From positions 1-44,901 of the forward strand of contig JBIMKC010000004.1 in assembly GCA_043673925.1 (NCBI GenBank): DNA of 44,901 nucleotides, read 5' to 3'. Position numbers and translations under genes: made by a program. The DNA comes from Chromatiales bacterium. Its GTDB lineage: Bacteria > Pseudomonadota > Gammaproteobacteria > JACCXJ01. Below, piece by piece: positions 30,594 to 38,655 of the stretch (positions are counted from its first letter, which is position 1; the number at the start of each line of letters is the position of its first letter). The notes under the pieces were generated by a model. That model was given only the letters and a program-made list of their open reading frames with translations. It ran no database searches and was not told the DNA's origin.

Positions 30594-31354
30594 GGCAGAT
30601 ACGCCAAGGTATTACTCAGGTGCTTCGTAAGCTGATAGCCTTGGGCCGTCAGCAGGTTCTCGCATTGCCGCCTCGTTTCGCGCCACAGGTGCTTATGCTC
30701 GTAGATGATCATCCGCGGTCTAAAGCGCGCGAAGTCGATCTGCTTGATTACCTCGAAGTCATGGCCTTCCGTATCGACGGACAAGAGATCGATTTTCTCG
30801 ACCTGATGCTTGCGGATTAAGGTTGAAAGCGTGATACAGCGCACCGGCTCGGCGACGATCGCGTCTTCCAGATCCGGAATCACCCAGCGGTGTTTCTTGA
30901 TGACGTCCAGGTGCAGCGAGGCGAGGCCCTTGGACCAGGCCGGAAGCTCGGCGGCGGGATCATCGATGCGGTAAAGAGTTCGGGTGCCCTCGGAGATCGA
31001 GATCGCCGACTGCTCGATGACGACAGTGGGAACACCTTGGTAATGGGCGCGCAAGAGATCGCAGTATGCCGGGACAGGCTCGACGAGGATCCCGCGCCAT
31101 CCATGCGTCTGAATGTAACGGTGCAAGAAGTCGTGGGTCACGCCGTCATTGGCGCCGATCTGCACGAAGAAGAAGTCGCTGCTGTCAGCGGAATGCTTGG
31201 TGACCAGTTCGTCAAATGCGCGCCACTCGGGGCGGTACACCCGATAGAACAGATCGTTCGCAAGCTTGCTGAGCGTACGGGCAACGCGGCGCTTAAGCGC
31301 GTGGACCCGTGCCGGCCGCGCGCACCTCTCCGTGCCGGCTCTAGAGTGCATCAT
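30590..31354 (-). CDS. FkbM-family SAM-dependent methyltransferase
   Basis: FFFVQIGANDGVTHD...ILVEPVP and IDLLSVDTEGHDFEVIKQIDF are typical FkbM-family (Methyltransf_21) blocks. Confidence 0.75.
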   Translation of the reverse strand: MMHSRAGTERCARPARVHALKRRVARTLSKLANDLFYRVYRPEWRAFDELVTKHSADSSDFFFVQIGANDGVTHDFLHRYIQTHGWRGILVEPVPAYCDLLRAHYQGVPTVVIEQSAISISEGTRTLYRIDDPAAELPAWSKGLASLHLDVIKKHRWVIPDLEDAIVAEPVRCITLSTLIRKHQVEKIDLLSVDTEGHDFEVIKQIDFARFRPRMIIYEHKHLWRETRRQCENLLTAQGYQLTKHLSNTLAYLP

Positions 31355-31826
31355 CCCGGATCAGGACGCGGGTACCGACCTCGACTCGGTCGAAGAGATC
31401 GATAACGTCGGCGTTACGCATACGGATGCAACCGCGCGACCCCGGTGTGCCCATCGCGACCTCATCGGGGGCGCCGTGGATGTATATGAAGCGATTCTTG
31501 GTGTCGATCGAGCCGCCCTGGTTAAAGGCCGGCTGTAAGCCGGTCAACCATAGGATGCGCGTGAGGATCCAATCCTTTCCCGGATAGAGGGTGCGAAACT
31601 CGGGAACATAGACCCTGCCTTCCGGCTGGCGGGCAACGAACACCGTGCCGCTCGCGCAGCCCGCGCCGATCTTTTCACAGATCGCATGCCAACCGCGCGG
31701 CGTGCATTCGCTGTTGTCCATCTCCCCGGGGCCGTTCTTGGCTGTCGAAACGGAATAGCGGCGAACAATCTCGCGCTCTGACAGCAACCATAGTCCTTGT
31801 TGCCGCAGTCTGATCTCGATGTGCAT
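31341..31826 (-). CDS. L,D-transpeptidase (YkuD) catalytic-domain protein without a recognisable signal peptide
   Basis: IHGAPDEVAMGTPGSRGCIRM matches the His/Gly-x-Ser-x-Gly-Cys-(I/V)-Arg active-site signature. 14-nt overlap with the downstream FkbM gene. Confidence 0.8.
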   Translation of the reverse strand: MHIEIRLRQQGLWLLSEREIVRRYSVSTAKNGPGEMDNSECTPRGWHAICEKIGAGCASGTVFVARQPEGRVYVPEFRTLYPGKDWILTRILWLTGLQPAFNQGGSIDTKNRFIYIHGAPDEVAMGTPGSRGCIRMRNADVIDLFDRVEVGTRVLIRDDAL

Positions 31827-31969
31827 GGTGCAGGGCCCAACAGATGGCTGCGTGCGAATTAGGATATCCTATGTTGTGCCCGGTGTCCCGCGGGCCTTTC
31901 GCGCGCGAAGGTTCTTCCCCGAGAAGCGAAGAAGCAATTGATTGCCAGGTTAATGCAAGCTAAATCCAC

Positions 31970-33001
31970 GTGCCATTAGGTCCTCTCATGTTTGATCTCC
32001 AGGGACCCGAGCTGATGCCCGGCGAACGGGATCTGCTGGCCCATCCGGCCGCTGGGGGCGTGATCCTTTTCACGCGCAATTACACCAACCGCGAGCAGCT
32101 CGCGCGCCTGGTCGCGGAGATCCATGCCGTGCGCGATCCACCCTTGCTCGTGGCCGTGGACCACGAAGGGGGACGGGTGCAACGTTTCCGTCCCGGCTTT
32201 ACCGCGCTGCCTCCCTGCGCAGCATTGGGGCGGCTCGACGACAAGGATCCGCAACGCGCCCGGGTCATGGCTCGGGAGTATGGTTGGCTCATGGCGATCG
32301 AGCTGCGTACCCTGGGTGTCGATTTCAGCTTTGCGCCCGTGCTCGATCTCGGGAGCGGGGTGAGTCAGGTGATCGGAGACCGGGCGTTTCACCCTAACCC
32401 GCGGACGGTCACCCGGCTCGCTCAGGCCTATCTCGATGGGATGCACGAGGCGGGTATGGTGGGTGTCGGCAAGCACTTTCCCGGTCACGGATCGGTCGCG
32501 GCGGATTCCCATTGCGAGATCCCCGTGGATGGCCGGAGCTTTGAGGCCATAACTAGCGCGGATCTGGCGCCGTTTGCGGGTTTGGTTCGCGCGGGGCTAG
32601 ACGCCGTCATGGCGGGGCATGTCATTTACTCGGAAGTGGACACGGCGCCCGCCGGTTTCTCGGAGGTATGGCTGCGCCAGGTGTTGCGGAAGGATCTCGG
32701 ATTTCAGGGCGCCATCTTCAGCGATGACATCGATATGGCGGGCGCCCGTAGGGCCGGTCCTCACAGCGAACGCGCGCAGCGCGCACTCGCAGCCGGGTGC
32801 GATATGGTGCTCATGTGTAATCGGCCGGCGGCGCTGCCCGCGGCACTGGACGCATTGAGCGCCTCGCGAGAACTTCTAGGCGAGGCGCGGCTTGCGCGCA
32901 TGCGCGGCCGGGCGGTGGGGAGCGAACGAGCGCTGGAAGAGCGCCGGCGCGCCGCCAGGGCGAGCGTCGCCGCCTTGGCGAACGACGGAGCGGCAGGGTG
33001 A
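31970..33001 (+). CDS. nagZ: Beta-N-acetylhexosaminidase NagZ (peptidoglycan recycling)
   Basis: GPLMFDLQGPEL..ERDLLAHPAAGGVILFTRNY aligns with the E. coli NagZ N-terminus. Motifs VDHEGGRVQRF and KHFPGHG. GTG start. Confidence 0.92.
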   Translation: MPLGPLMFDLQGPELMPGERDLLAHPAAGGVILFTRNYTNREQLARLVAEIHAVRDPPLLVAVDHEGGRVQRFRPGFTALPPCAALGRLDDKDPQRARVMAREYGWLMAIELRTLGVDFSFAPVLDLGSGVSQVIGDRAFHPNPRTVTRLAQAYLDGMHEAGMVGVGKHFPGHGSVAADSHCEIPVDGRSFEAITSADLAPFAGLVRAGLDAVMAGHVIYSEVDTAPAGFSEVWLRQVLRKDLGFQGAIFSDDIDMAGARRAGPHSERAQRALAAGCDMVLMCNRPAALPAALDALSASRELLGEARLARMRGRAVGSERALEERRRAARASVAALANDGAAG

Positions 33002-33008
33002 TGTATCG

Positions 33009-33917
33009 ATGAAACGGTTGCTGGCCGTTGCGCTGCTCTGGAGCCTCGCTGGGCCGTGCGGGGCGCTCGAATGCAAACCGCTCGTGCCAGCCGCGACGCC
33101 TGCCACCTTTGCCGCGGGCAAGTATGCGCAGGGGCTTTTATTTCGGATCTCGAAAGCGGGTGTTCCACCGAGTCATATCTTCGGGACGATCCACCTTGGC
33201 GATCGACGCGTGCTCGATTTACCCCGAGTGGTCTCGGCCAGCTTCAAGCAAAGCCGCCGCTTTGTCATGGAGGCCGTGCTCGATGAGGCCGGTATCGCTG
33301 AATTCTCGAACCTGATGTTTTATGGCGATGCTACCTCATTCAAGGAGCAGGTGGGCGCGGAGCTCGCAGGCGCGGCTGAACCGCTTCTTGCCCGCTACGG
33401 TATTACCGCGGAAATCGCGCATCGCATCAAGCCTTGGGCCGCGTATATGACGCTCAGCCTACCTCCGCCTTCCAGCCTGCTACCGCTCGATCTCGCGTTG
33501 ATGCAACGAGCCAAGGCGCATGGGATGGCGATTTCGGGACTGGAGTCGCTTGCGGAACAGGCAGGGGCATTGAGTGATCTGCGTCTCGAAGACCAAATCG
33601 CCTTGCTTAAGGATGCCGTTTGCCACTACGAGCTACTGCAGCAAGACCTCGAGCCGCTGACCGCGTTGTACCTAAAGCGTGACCTCGGGGGATTGATGGC
33701 GCTTGCCGGCAAGTATGAAACCAGCTCGGCGCACTACTACGAACGCTTCCTGGACAGCCTGCTTTGGAAACGCAATCGCCGCATGGCCGCACGCGTGCGG
33801 CCGTGGCTGAAGGAGGGGAATACCTTTGTTGCGCTCGGGGCATTACACCTCGTCGGGGACAAAGGAGTGCCGGCGTTGCTGGAGCGGGCCGGATATCGCG
33901 TGACGCGCTTGTACTAG
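33009..33917 (+). CDS. TraB/GumN family protein (exported)
   Basis: Signal peptide MKRLLAVALLWSLAGPCGA, GTIHLGD near the N-terminus and ALGALHLVGDKGVPALLERAGYRVTRLY at the C-terminus. ATG 33009 is preferred over the track start 32892, which lies inside nagZ. Confidence 0.7.
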   Translation: MKRLLAVALLWSLAGPCGALECKPLVPAATPATFAAGKYAQGLLFRISKAGVPPSHIFGTIHLGDRRVLDLPRVVSASFKQSRRFVMEAVLDEAGIAEFSNLMFYGDATSFKEQVGAELAGAAEPLLARYGITAEIAHRIKPWAAYMTLSLPPPSSLLPLDLALMQRAKAHGMAISGLESLAEQAGALSDLRLEDQIALLKDAVCHYELLQQDLEPLTALYLKRDLGGLMALAGKYETSSAHYYERFLDSLLWKRNRRMAARVRPWLKEGNTFVALGALHLVGDKGVPALLERAGYRVTRLY

Positions 33918-34062
33918 ATCAGCATTTCTAATCCAAGATTTTTGACATAGACTACACGCCGCAACGCGCGCCTTCTGCGGCGCACGCCAAAGTGTGGAGG
34001 ACGCGCTTACAACCTGATTTGCCGCGGCGTTTTTGGCGCCCGGCTTGATGTGAGGACTTGAT

Positions 34063-34647
34063 ATGTTGTATGCAGTAAAAAACTTCGTCGATACGCTGGC
34101 TGGGATCACTCGGCTTGAGAAAGGTCCTCAGCACCTTCCAACCTCGTATGCGTTGCTGATCACGAGCGTCCTTGTCTACACGCTTACGCGCTTCGGCGTC
34201 TATATCTACAAAGTGCCGATCGGATCCGCGGCGATCATGGGATTAGCCGATACCGCGATTACGGTGGGGATCATCGTATTGTTGCTCGCGGTGCGCGGAG
34301 TGACGTTCCGAGCCCCCCAAATGCTCACAGCTTTTACCAGCATCGCCTCGGGATTTGGGTGGGCCGTCATTTTCTCGCTGGGGCTGATCAGTTTGATACC
34401 AGACGTCCCGATGGTGCAGGGTTTTAGAAACGTCGTGATTTTTCCGCTCGTTCTCGTTAACGTCGTGATCAACGGCCACTTGTTTCGGGCGTCGCTGACG
34501 ACGAATCTCGCCACCGGGGTCCTCATCTCATTGGTGTTATTATTCACCGTCACCAACGTGACCGACCGCTTCGATCCGACGCTGGAACGTACGGGAGCGG
34601 GCTCGGCGCGCATGACTCCCTCCCCACAGACGACACCCGAGCGCTAA
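34063..34647 (+). CDS. Hypothetical polytopic inner-membrane protein (about 5 TM helices)
   Basis: 194-aa ORF with SD GAGGA upstream, several hydrophobic 20-aa stretches and a polar Pro/Thr-rich tail. No family recognised. Confidence 0.5.
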   Translation: MLYAVKNFVDTLAGITRLEKGPQHLPTSYALLITSVLVYTLTRFGVYIYKVPIGSAAIMGLADTAITVGIIVLLLAVRGVTFRAPQMLTAFTSIASGFGWAVIFSLGLISLIPDVPMVQGFRNVVIFPLVLVNVVINGHLFRASLTTNLATGVLISLVLLFTVTNVTDRFDPTLERTGAGSARMTPSPQTTPER

Positions 34648-34705
34648 GCGGGCCGCACGGTCAAGCTGCTTTCCGCAAACGCACTGGCGGGACGCATCAC
34701 ATAAA

Positions 34706-35338
34706 TTACAGATCTCGGTGCTTGCGCGTCCTGGCGATCACCGCGGCGATCTCGGCCTTGCGGCGAAGGGAATCACGCTCGATCTCGGCCAGCCGCGCCG
34801 TGGGATCGGCTGCGGGCGCATTCTCGGTAGGATTTGCGAGCCGCCCATTGCGCGCCTCGAAGCGTGCGCGGGCGGCGTCCGCGTGCGTTTGATCCCAATT
34901 GAGGCCGGCGGGGACCATTTCGATGCAATCCATGGGGCAGGGCGGTAGGCATAATTCACAGCCCGTACAGAGATCCTGAAGCACGGTGTGCATGTGCTTT
35001 GCCGCCCCGAGGATGGCATCCACCGGACAAGCTTGAATACACTTCGCACAGCCGATACAAAGCTCCTCGATGACATGCGCGGTACGGAACGGTTGCTCGG
35101 CGCCGTAGCGAGGATCGAGGGGTATGGGGCGGCGCCCAAGCAGGCCGGCGAGCCGTTCGATCGTGTGGCTGCCACCCGGTGGACATTGATTTATGCCGGC
35201 CTCGCCGCGGGCAATGGCCTCGGCATAAGGGAGGCATCCCGCATACCCGCATCTACGGCACTGTGTCTGCGGTAGCAGGGCATTGATCTTTCCGGCGAGA
35301 TCATCGGAGCCGTGGCGCGGCGTTGTCAAGTCAGTCAC
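34706..35338 (-). CDS. RnfB/RsxB-like Fe-S protein (soluble; no N-terminal membrane anchor)
   Basis: RnfB-type N-terminal cluster motif CRRCGYAGC...QCPPGG plus two ferredoxin motifs, [12 protein letters not shown] and [12 protein letters not shown]. Confidence 0.8.
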   Translation of the reverse strand: MTDLTTPRHGSDDLAGKINALLPQTQCRRCGYAGCLPYAEAIARGEAGINQCPPGGSHTIERLAGLLGRRPIPLDPRYGAEQPFRTAHVIEELCIGCAKCIQACPVDAILGAAKHMHTVLQDLCTGCELCLPPCPMDCIEMVPAGLNWDQTHADAARARFEARNGRLANPTENAPAADPTARLAEIERDSLRRKAEIAAVIARTRKHRDL

Positions 35339-35423
35339 TGGTAAGATGACTCCACCATTAATCGCGCGTTAATACGAGGTTAACCAAGTCGTGTGCCCTG
35401 CTTCGGCTCGAACCCAGGCGGTG

Positions 35424-36620
35424 TCAGAGCACCCTGCAAATCGCCGCCTTGAGATAATTGGTCTCGGGGATTGCGGGGTGAATGGGATGATCCGGCGATT
35501 GGTGCCCTTGCTCCAACAGTTGTATCTCCCGCCCGGCACGTAGCGACGCTCGCCGCAACACATCCACGAAGCCCTCGTGCGTGAGGTGATAGGAGCAGGA
35601 GGCGGTCATCAAGATCCCGCCGTGCCGAACGAGCCCGAGCGCCGACTGGTTGAGGCGCCGGTAAGCCAAAAGCCCTGCGGCTAAATCTTTTTTCTTTTTA
35701 ATAAAGGCCGGCGGATCCAAAATCACCACATCATAGCTTTCCGCGGCGGACTGCAAGGCTTTGAGCGTCGCGAAGGCTTCGCCATGCACAGCCGCAACCC
35801 GCACGTCATTTTCCCGCGCATTGCGTTCGATATAGCGCAGCGCATCGACTGAAGACTCGATGGATTGCACGGAAAGGGCGCCGGCGCATGCCGCCTGGAT
35901 GCCCCATGCCCCTAAGTAGCTAAACACATCGAGGACGCGCACGCCTTTGACATAGCGCAGCATACGCGCGCGGTTAGCGCGCTGATCGTAATACCAACCA
36001 GTTTTCTGTGCGCTAAGCACGGGGACATAGAACCGGACGCCATGCTCCGTGAGGCAAATCTCCTCGGGCACTTGACCAAACGCCGCTTCAACGTACAAGT
36101 CGAGACCTTCGAGGAGGCGGCTCGCGGAATCATTGCGCAACAGGATCGCCTTCGGATCGATGACCTCCCGCATCGCATCGATGACATCGCTCAGGCGCCT
36201 TTCCATCCCGGCTGTGTTGAATTGCGCCACCAAGAGATCACCGTAGCGATCGACCACGAGCCCAGGGAGACCGTCCGTGTCCGCGTACACGAGGCGATAA
36301 TAGGGTTCGTCGAACAGGCGCTCGCGCAAGGCCAGCGCGCGCTTCAGGCGCTCTCTGCACAGCGCCGCCGACCAAGGGCGGTCACGATCCAACAGGCGCG
36401 CGCAGATCAGCGAATGCGGATTCACGTACCCCGTCCCCATGGCTTTACCGCTGCTGGTGAGCACCGTGACGCTGTCGCCGGGGGTAAGCGCCTGCAAAGG
36501 CGTCGTATGGGTATCCACCTCATTGCTGTAGACCCAGAGATGACCGGCGCGCAGGCGCCGATCCTCGCCCTTCTTTAACACCAAGGGTTTTGCAGGCATG
36601 CTGTGATCCGCGACTGTCAT
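35424..36620 (-). CDS. rlmI: 23S rRNA (cytosine-C5) methyltransferase RlmI-like (PUA + class I SAM MTase)
   Basis: 398-aa ORF with LVLKKGEDRRLRAGHLWVYSNEV (PUA-like N-terminus), DVFSYLG and DPPAF motifs. Confidence 0.8.
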   Translation of the reverse strand: MTVADHSMPAKPLVLKKGEDRRLRAGHLWVYSNEVDTHTTPLQALTPGDSVTVLTSSGKAMGTGYVNPHSLICARLLDRDRPWSAALCRERLKRALALRERLFDEPYYRLVYADTDGLPGLVVDRYGDLLVAQFNTAGMERRLSDVIDAMREVIDPKAILLRNDSASRLLEGLDLYVEAAFGQVPEEICLTEHGVRFYVPVLSAQKTGWYYDQRANRARMLRYVKGVRVLDVFSYLGAWGIQAACAGALSVQSIESSVDALRYIERNARENDVRVAAVHGEAFATLKALQSAAESYDVVILDPPAFIKKKKDLAAGLLAYRRLNQSALGLVRHGGILMTASCSYHLTHEGFVDVLRRASLRAGREIQLLEQGHQSPDHPIHPAIPETNYLKAAICRVL

Positions 36621-36648
36621 ATTCGTAGCATTAGGGACTGGTCTCTCA

Positions 36649-37290
36649 TTGAACCGCTACCAACGTGCCCAGGTCTTCGATCGCCTCCAAGCACAGAGAC
36701 CTCATCCGGCCACCGAGCTTGAGTATCGAACGCCATTCGAGCTGCTGGTGGCGGTGATCCTTTCGGCCCAGGCGACCGATGTTAGCGTCAACAAAGCGAC
36801 GCGGCGACTGTTCCAGGTCGCGAATGAACCCGCGGCCATCCTCGGTCTCGGGGAGGAGGGTCTGAAATCGTACATCAAAACCATTGGGCTTTATAATGGT
36901 AAGGCTAAAAATATCATCAATACCTGCGGGATCCTTTGCGCTAAGCACGGCGGACAGGTGCCCCATGACCGAGGGGCATTAGAACAATTGCCCGGCGTCG
37001 GGCGCAAGACGGCCAATGTAATTTTGAATACTGCCTTCGGAGAACCCACGATCGCGGTGGATACGCATATTTTTAGAGTCGCGAACCGCACCGGACTCGC
37101 CCCGGGTAAAACTCCCGCCGTAGTGGAACGGACGCTCATGGCCGCGGTACCGAAGCGATTTAGGCAAGACGCGCATCACTGGTTAATCTTGCATGGGCGC
37201 TACGTCTGTCAGGCGCGAAAACCGCGCTGCGGCGAATGCATCATCCGTGATCTCTGCGAGTGGAACGAAAAGGCGATAGGTCGCGTTTAG
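36649..37290 (+). CDS. nth: Endonuclease III
   Basis: PFELLVAVILSAQATD, the HhH motif LPGVGRKTANV and the C-terminal cluster CxxxxxxCxxCxxxxxC (CQARKPRCGECIIRDLC). TTG start fits the E. coli N-terminal length. Confidence 0.95.
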   Translation: MNRYQRAQVFDRLQAQRPHPATELEYRTPFELLVAVILSAQATDVSVNKATRRLFQVANEPAAILGLGEEGLKSYIKTIGLYNGKAKNIINTCGILCAKHGGQVPHDRGALEQLPGVGRKTANVILNTAFGEPTIAVDTHIFRVANRTGLAPGKTPAVVERTLMAAVPKRFRQDAHHWLILHGRYVCQARKPRCGECIIRDLCEWNEKAIGRV

Positions 37291-37292
37291 CT

Positions 37293-37721
37293 GTGCTGGT
37301 GCAAGATCAACCGTCGGCAAGGGAGTATTTCATAGATGTATGGAGTAAACACCCGGCGGGCGATGCCCTACAGCCGATCGAGAACCTGATTTTAAAGGTG
37401 ATCCTCGCTCACCCCGAATACCACGCATTACTACGGGATCGAGAGCAGGCTCTATCCAGGCGCTATACCCCCGAGGGCGGCGAGACCAATCCCTTCCTGC
37501 ATATGGCTATGCACGTGGCGATTGAGGAGCAGTTGCTAGCGGATCGGCCTGCCGGTATTGCACGTATCTATACGGATCTGCGAAGGCGTTGCCCCAACTA
37601 TCACGATGCCCAACACGAAATGATGGATTGCCTGGTCGAGGCCTTATGGCAAGCGCAACGCACTTACGCGCTTCCCGATGAGCGGCGCTATCTGGAGTGC
37701 TTAAGAAACCGGCAGCGGTAA
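37293..37721 (+). CDS. DUF1841 family protein
   Basis: AREYFIDVWSKH...ILAHPEYHALL...NPFLHMAMHVAIEEQL matches the DUF1841 pattern. The start is uncertain (GTG 37293 or 37299). The track start 37260 overlaps nth. Confidence 0.65.
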   Translation: MLVQDQPSAREYFIDVWSKHPAGDALQPIENLILKVILAHPEYHALLRDREQALSRRYTPEGGETNPFLHMAMHVAIEEQLLADRPAGIARIYTDLRRRCPNYHDAQHEMMDCLVEALWQAQRTYALPDERRYLECLRNRQR

Positions 37722-37737
37722 CTCGCCCGCTTGCTAT

Positions 37738-37759
37738 ATCGAGCATCCGACGGCTCGAT
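37738..37759. terminator. Hairpin between convergent DUF1841 and FHA genes (possible bidirectional terminator)
   Basis: 7-bp stem ATCGAGC/GCTCGAT with an 8-nt loop and no U-tract on either side. Confidence 0.3.
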
Positions 37760-37767
37760 GAGGTGGC

Positions 37768-38484
37768 TTAAACCGCGAGAAACTCCATTTTTATGCCCGC
37801 CAATTCAATGACATCACGATCTTTGAGCTGATGACTCCGCGCCCCAATCGGTTGCCCGTTGATAACCGGATAGATCGGTTGTTCGGCGGTCCCGCCCTCG
37901 ATATGCGTAATGAAATAACCTTGTGGTCGCCGTGATATCACGGCAACCTGCACGCCGGGCTTACCCAAGGTAATCGAGGCCTTGATCAGCTCGAGCTGCT
38001 TGCCGGCAACGGGCCCGTTTACAATGTTCAGCCGCCCCAGTGGCGAGCTCGTGGGCTGCAAGCTCGGCGAAGCCGCCGCACCAAAGCTTGGCGCAATTGA
38101 CGTACGCCCGATGGCCTTCGCGAGCGCCACGGCCGGTGTGGCCGTTCCGGGGCGCATAATATTGGTTTTTTCGAACTCGTCGTCATCGGCGGTGGCGTGC
38201 TCGTTGACATACCGGATCTCGTGTTTCCCGATGCTGATGACATCGCCGTTCCGTAGGGCGTGTTTCTTTATGACCTTGCCGTTGACGAATGTCCCGTTCG
38301 TGCTCCCGAGATCTTCAAGAAAGGAGTCGTCCAAGATTGTGATGACCAGGGCATGTTTACCGCTAACCGCAAGATTGTCGACCGGAATATCGTTGTCCGC
38401 TTTGCGGCCAATCGTCATGTGTTCTTTGGTAAGCGGATAGTCTCCTTGTACCACGCCGTTTAGACTAAGGACGAGTTTTGACAT
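37768..38484 (-). CDS. Double FHA-domain protein (canonical N-terminal FHA, degenerate C-terminal FHA-like domain)
   Basis: N-terminal domain: MTIGRKADNDIPVDNLAVSGKHALV...DLGSTNGTFVNGKVI..GDVISIG. C-terminal domain: ITLGKPGVQVAVISR...PVINGQPIG...DRDVIELAG. A Pro/Ala/Ser linker joins them. Confidence 0.85.
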   Translation of the reverse strand: MSKLVLSLNGVVQGDYPLTKEHMTIGRKADNDIPVDNLAVSGKHALVITILDDSFLEDLGSTNGTFVNGKVIKKHALRNGDVISIGKHEIRYVNEHATADDDEFEKTNIMRPGTATPAVALAKAIGRTSIAPSFGAAASPSLQPTSSPLGRLNIVNGPVAGKQLELIKASITLGKPGVQVAVISRRPQGYFITHIEGGTAEQPIYPVINGQPIGARSHQLKDRDVIELAGIKMEFLAV

Positions 38485-38501
38485 AACGACGCTCTATACG
38501 A

Positions 38502-38642
38502 TTAACTAACCCATCGTTGTAATTTTTTACGGGGCCAAGCAAAAATCGCTCTCCGATACGCACGCAGCCTAGCGATGACGAGAGAAATATTATCATGACC
38601 CCCGCGCTCATTGGCTAGAGCGATTAATCGGTCCCCCGCTCC
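38502..38642 (-). pseudogene. C-terminal relic of a PP2C-family Ser/Thr phosphatase (no start codon)
   Basis: The frame reads ..GDRLIALANERGGHDNISLVIARL..*, matching the terminal PP2C motif (L..A...GG.DN.T). There is no in-frame ATG/GTG/TTG after the fdxA stop. Upstream, this frame is merely an out-of-frame reading of fdxA. Confidence 0.6.
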
Positions 38643-38655
38643 TACCTCGCTGGCG

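Noticed and set aside
31827-31969. Palindromes AGGATATCCT and TTCGCGCGCGAA in the L,D-transpeptidase/nagZ divergent region as operator sites
   Set aside because: They are short (10-12 nt) and GC- or restriction-site-like. I cannot link them to a cognate regulator or check their conservation, so the evidence is too weak to call.
34034-34049. Sigma-54-like -24/-12 element TGGCGC-N5-TTGAT upstream of the membrane protein gene
   Set aside because: The critical -12 GC is GA. The predicted transcription start would also fall downstream of the gene's SD (GAGGA at 34052-34056), only about 4 nt before the ATG.
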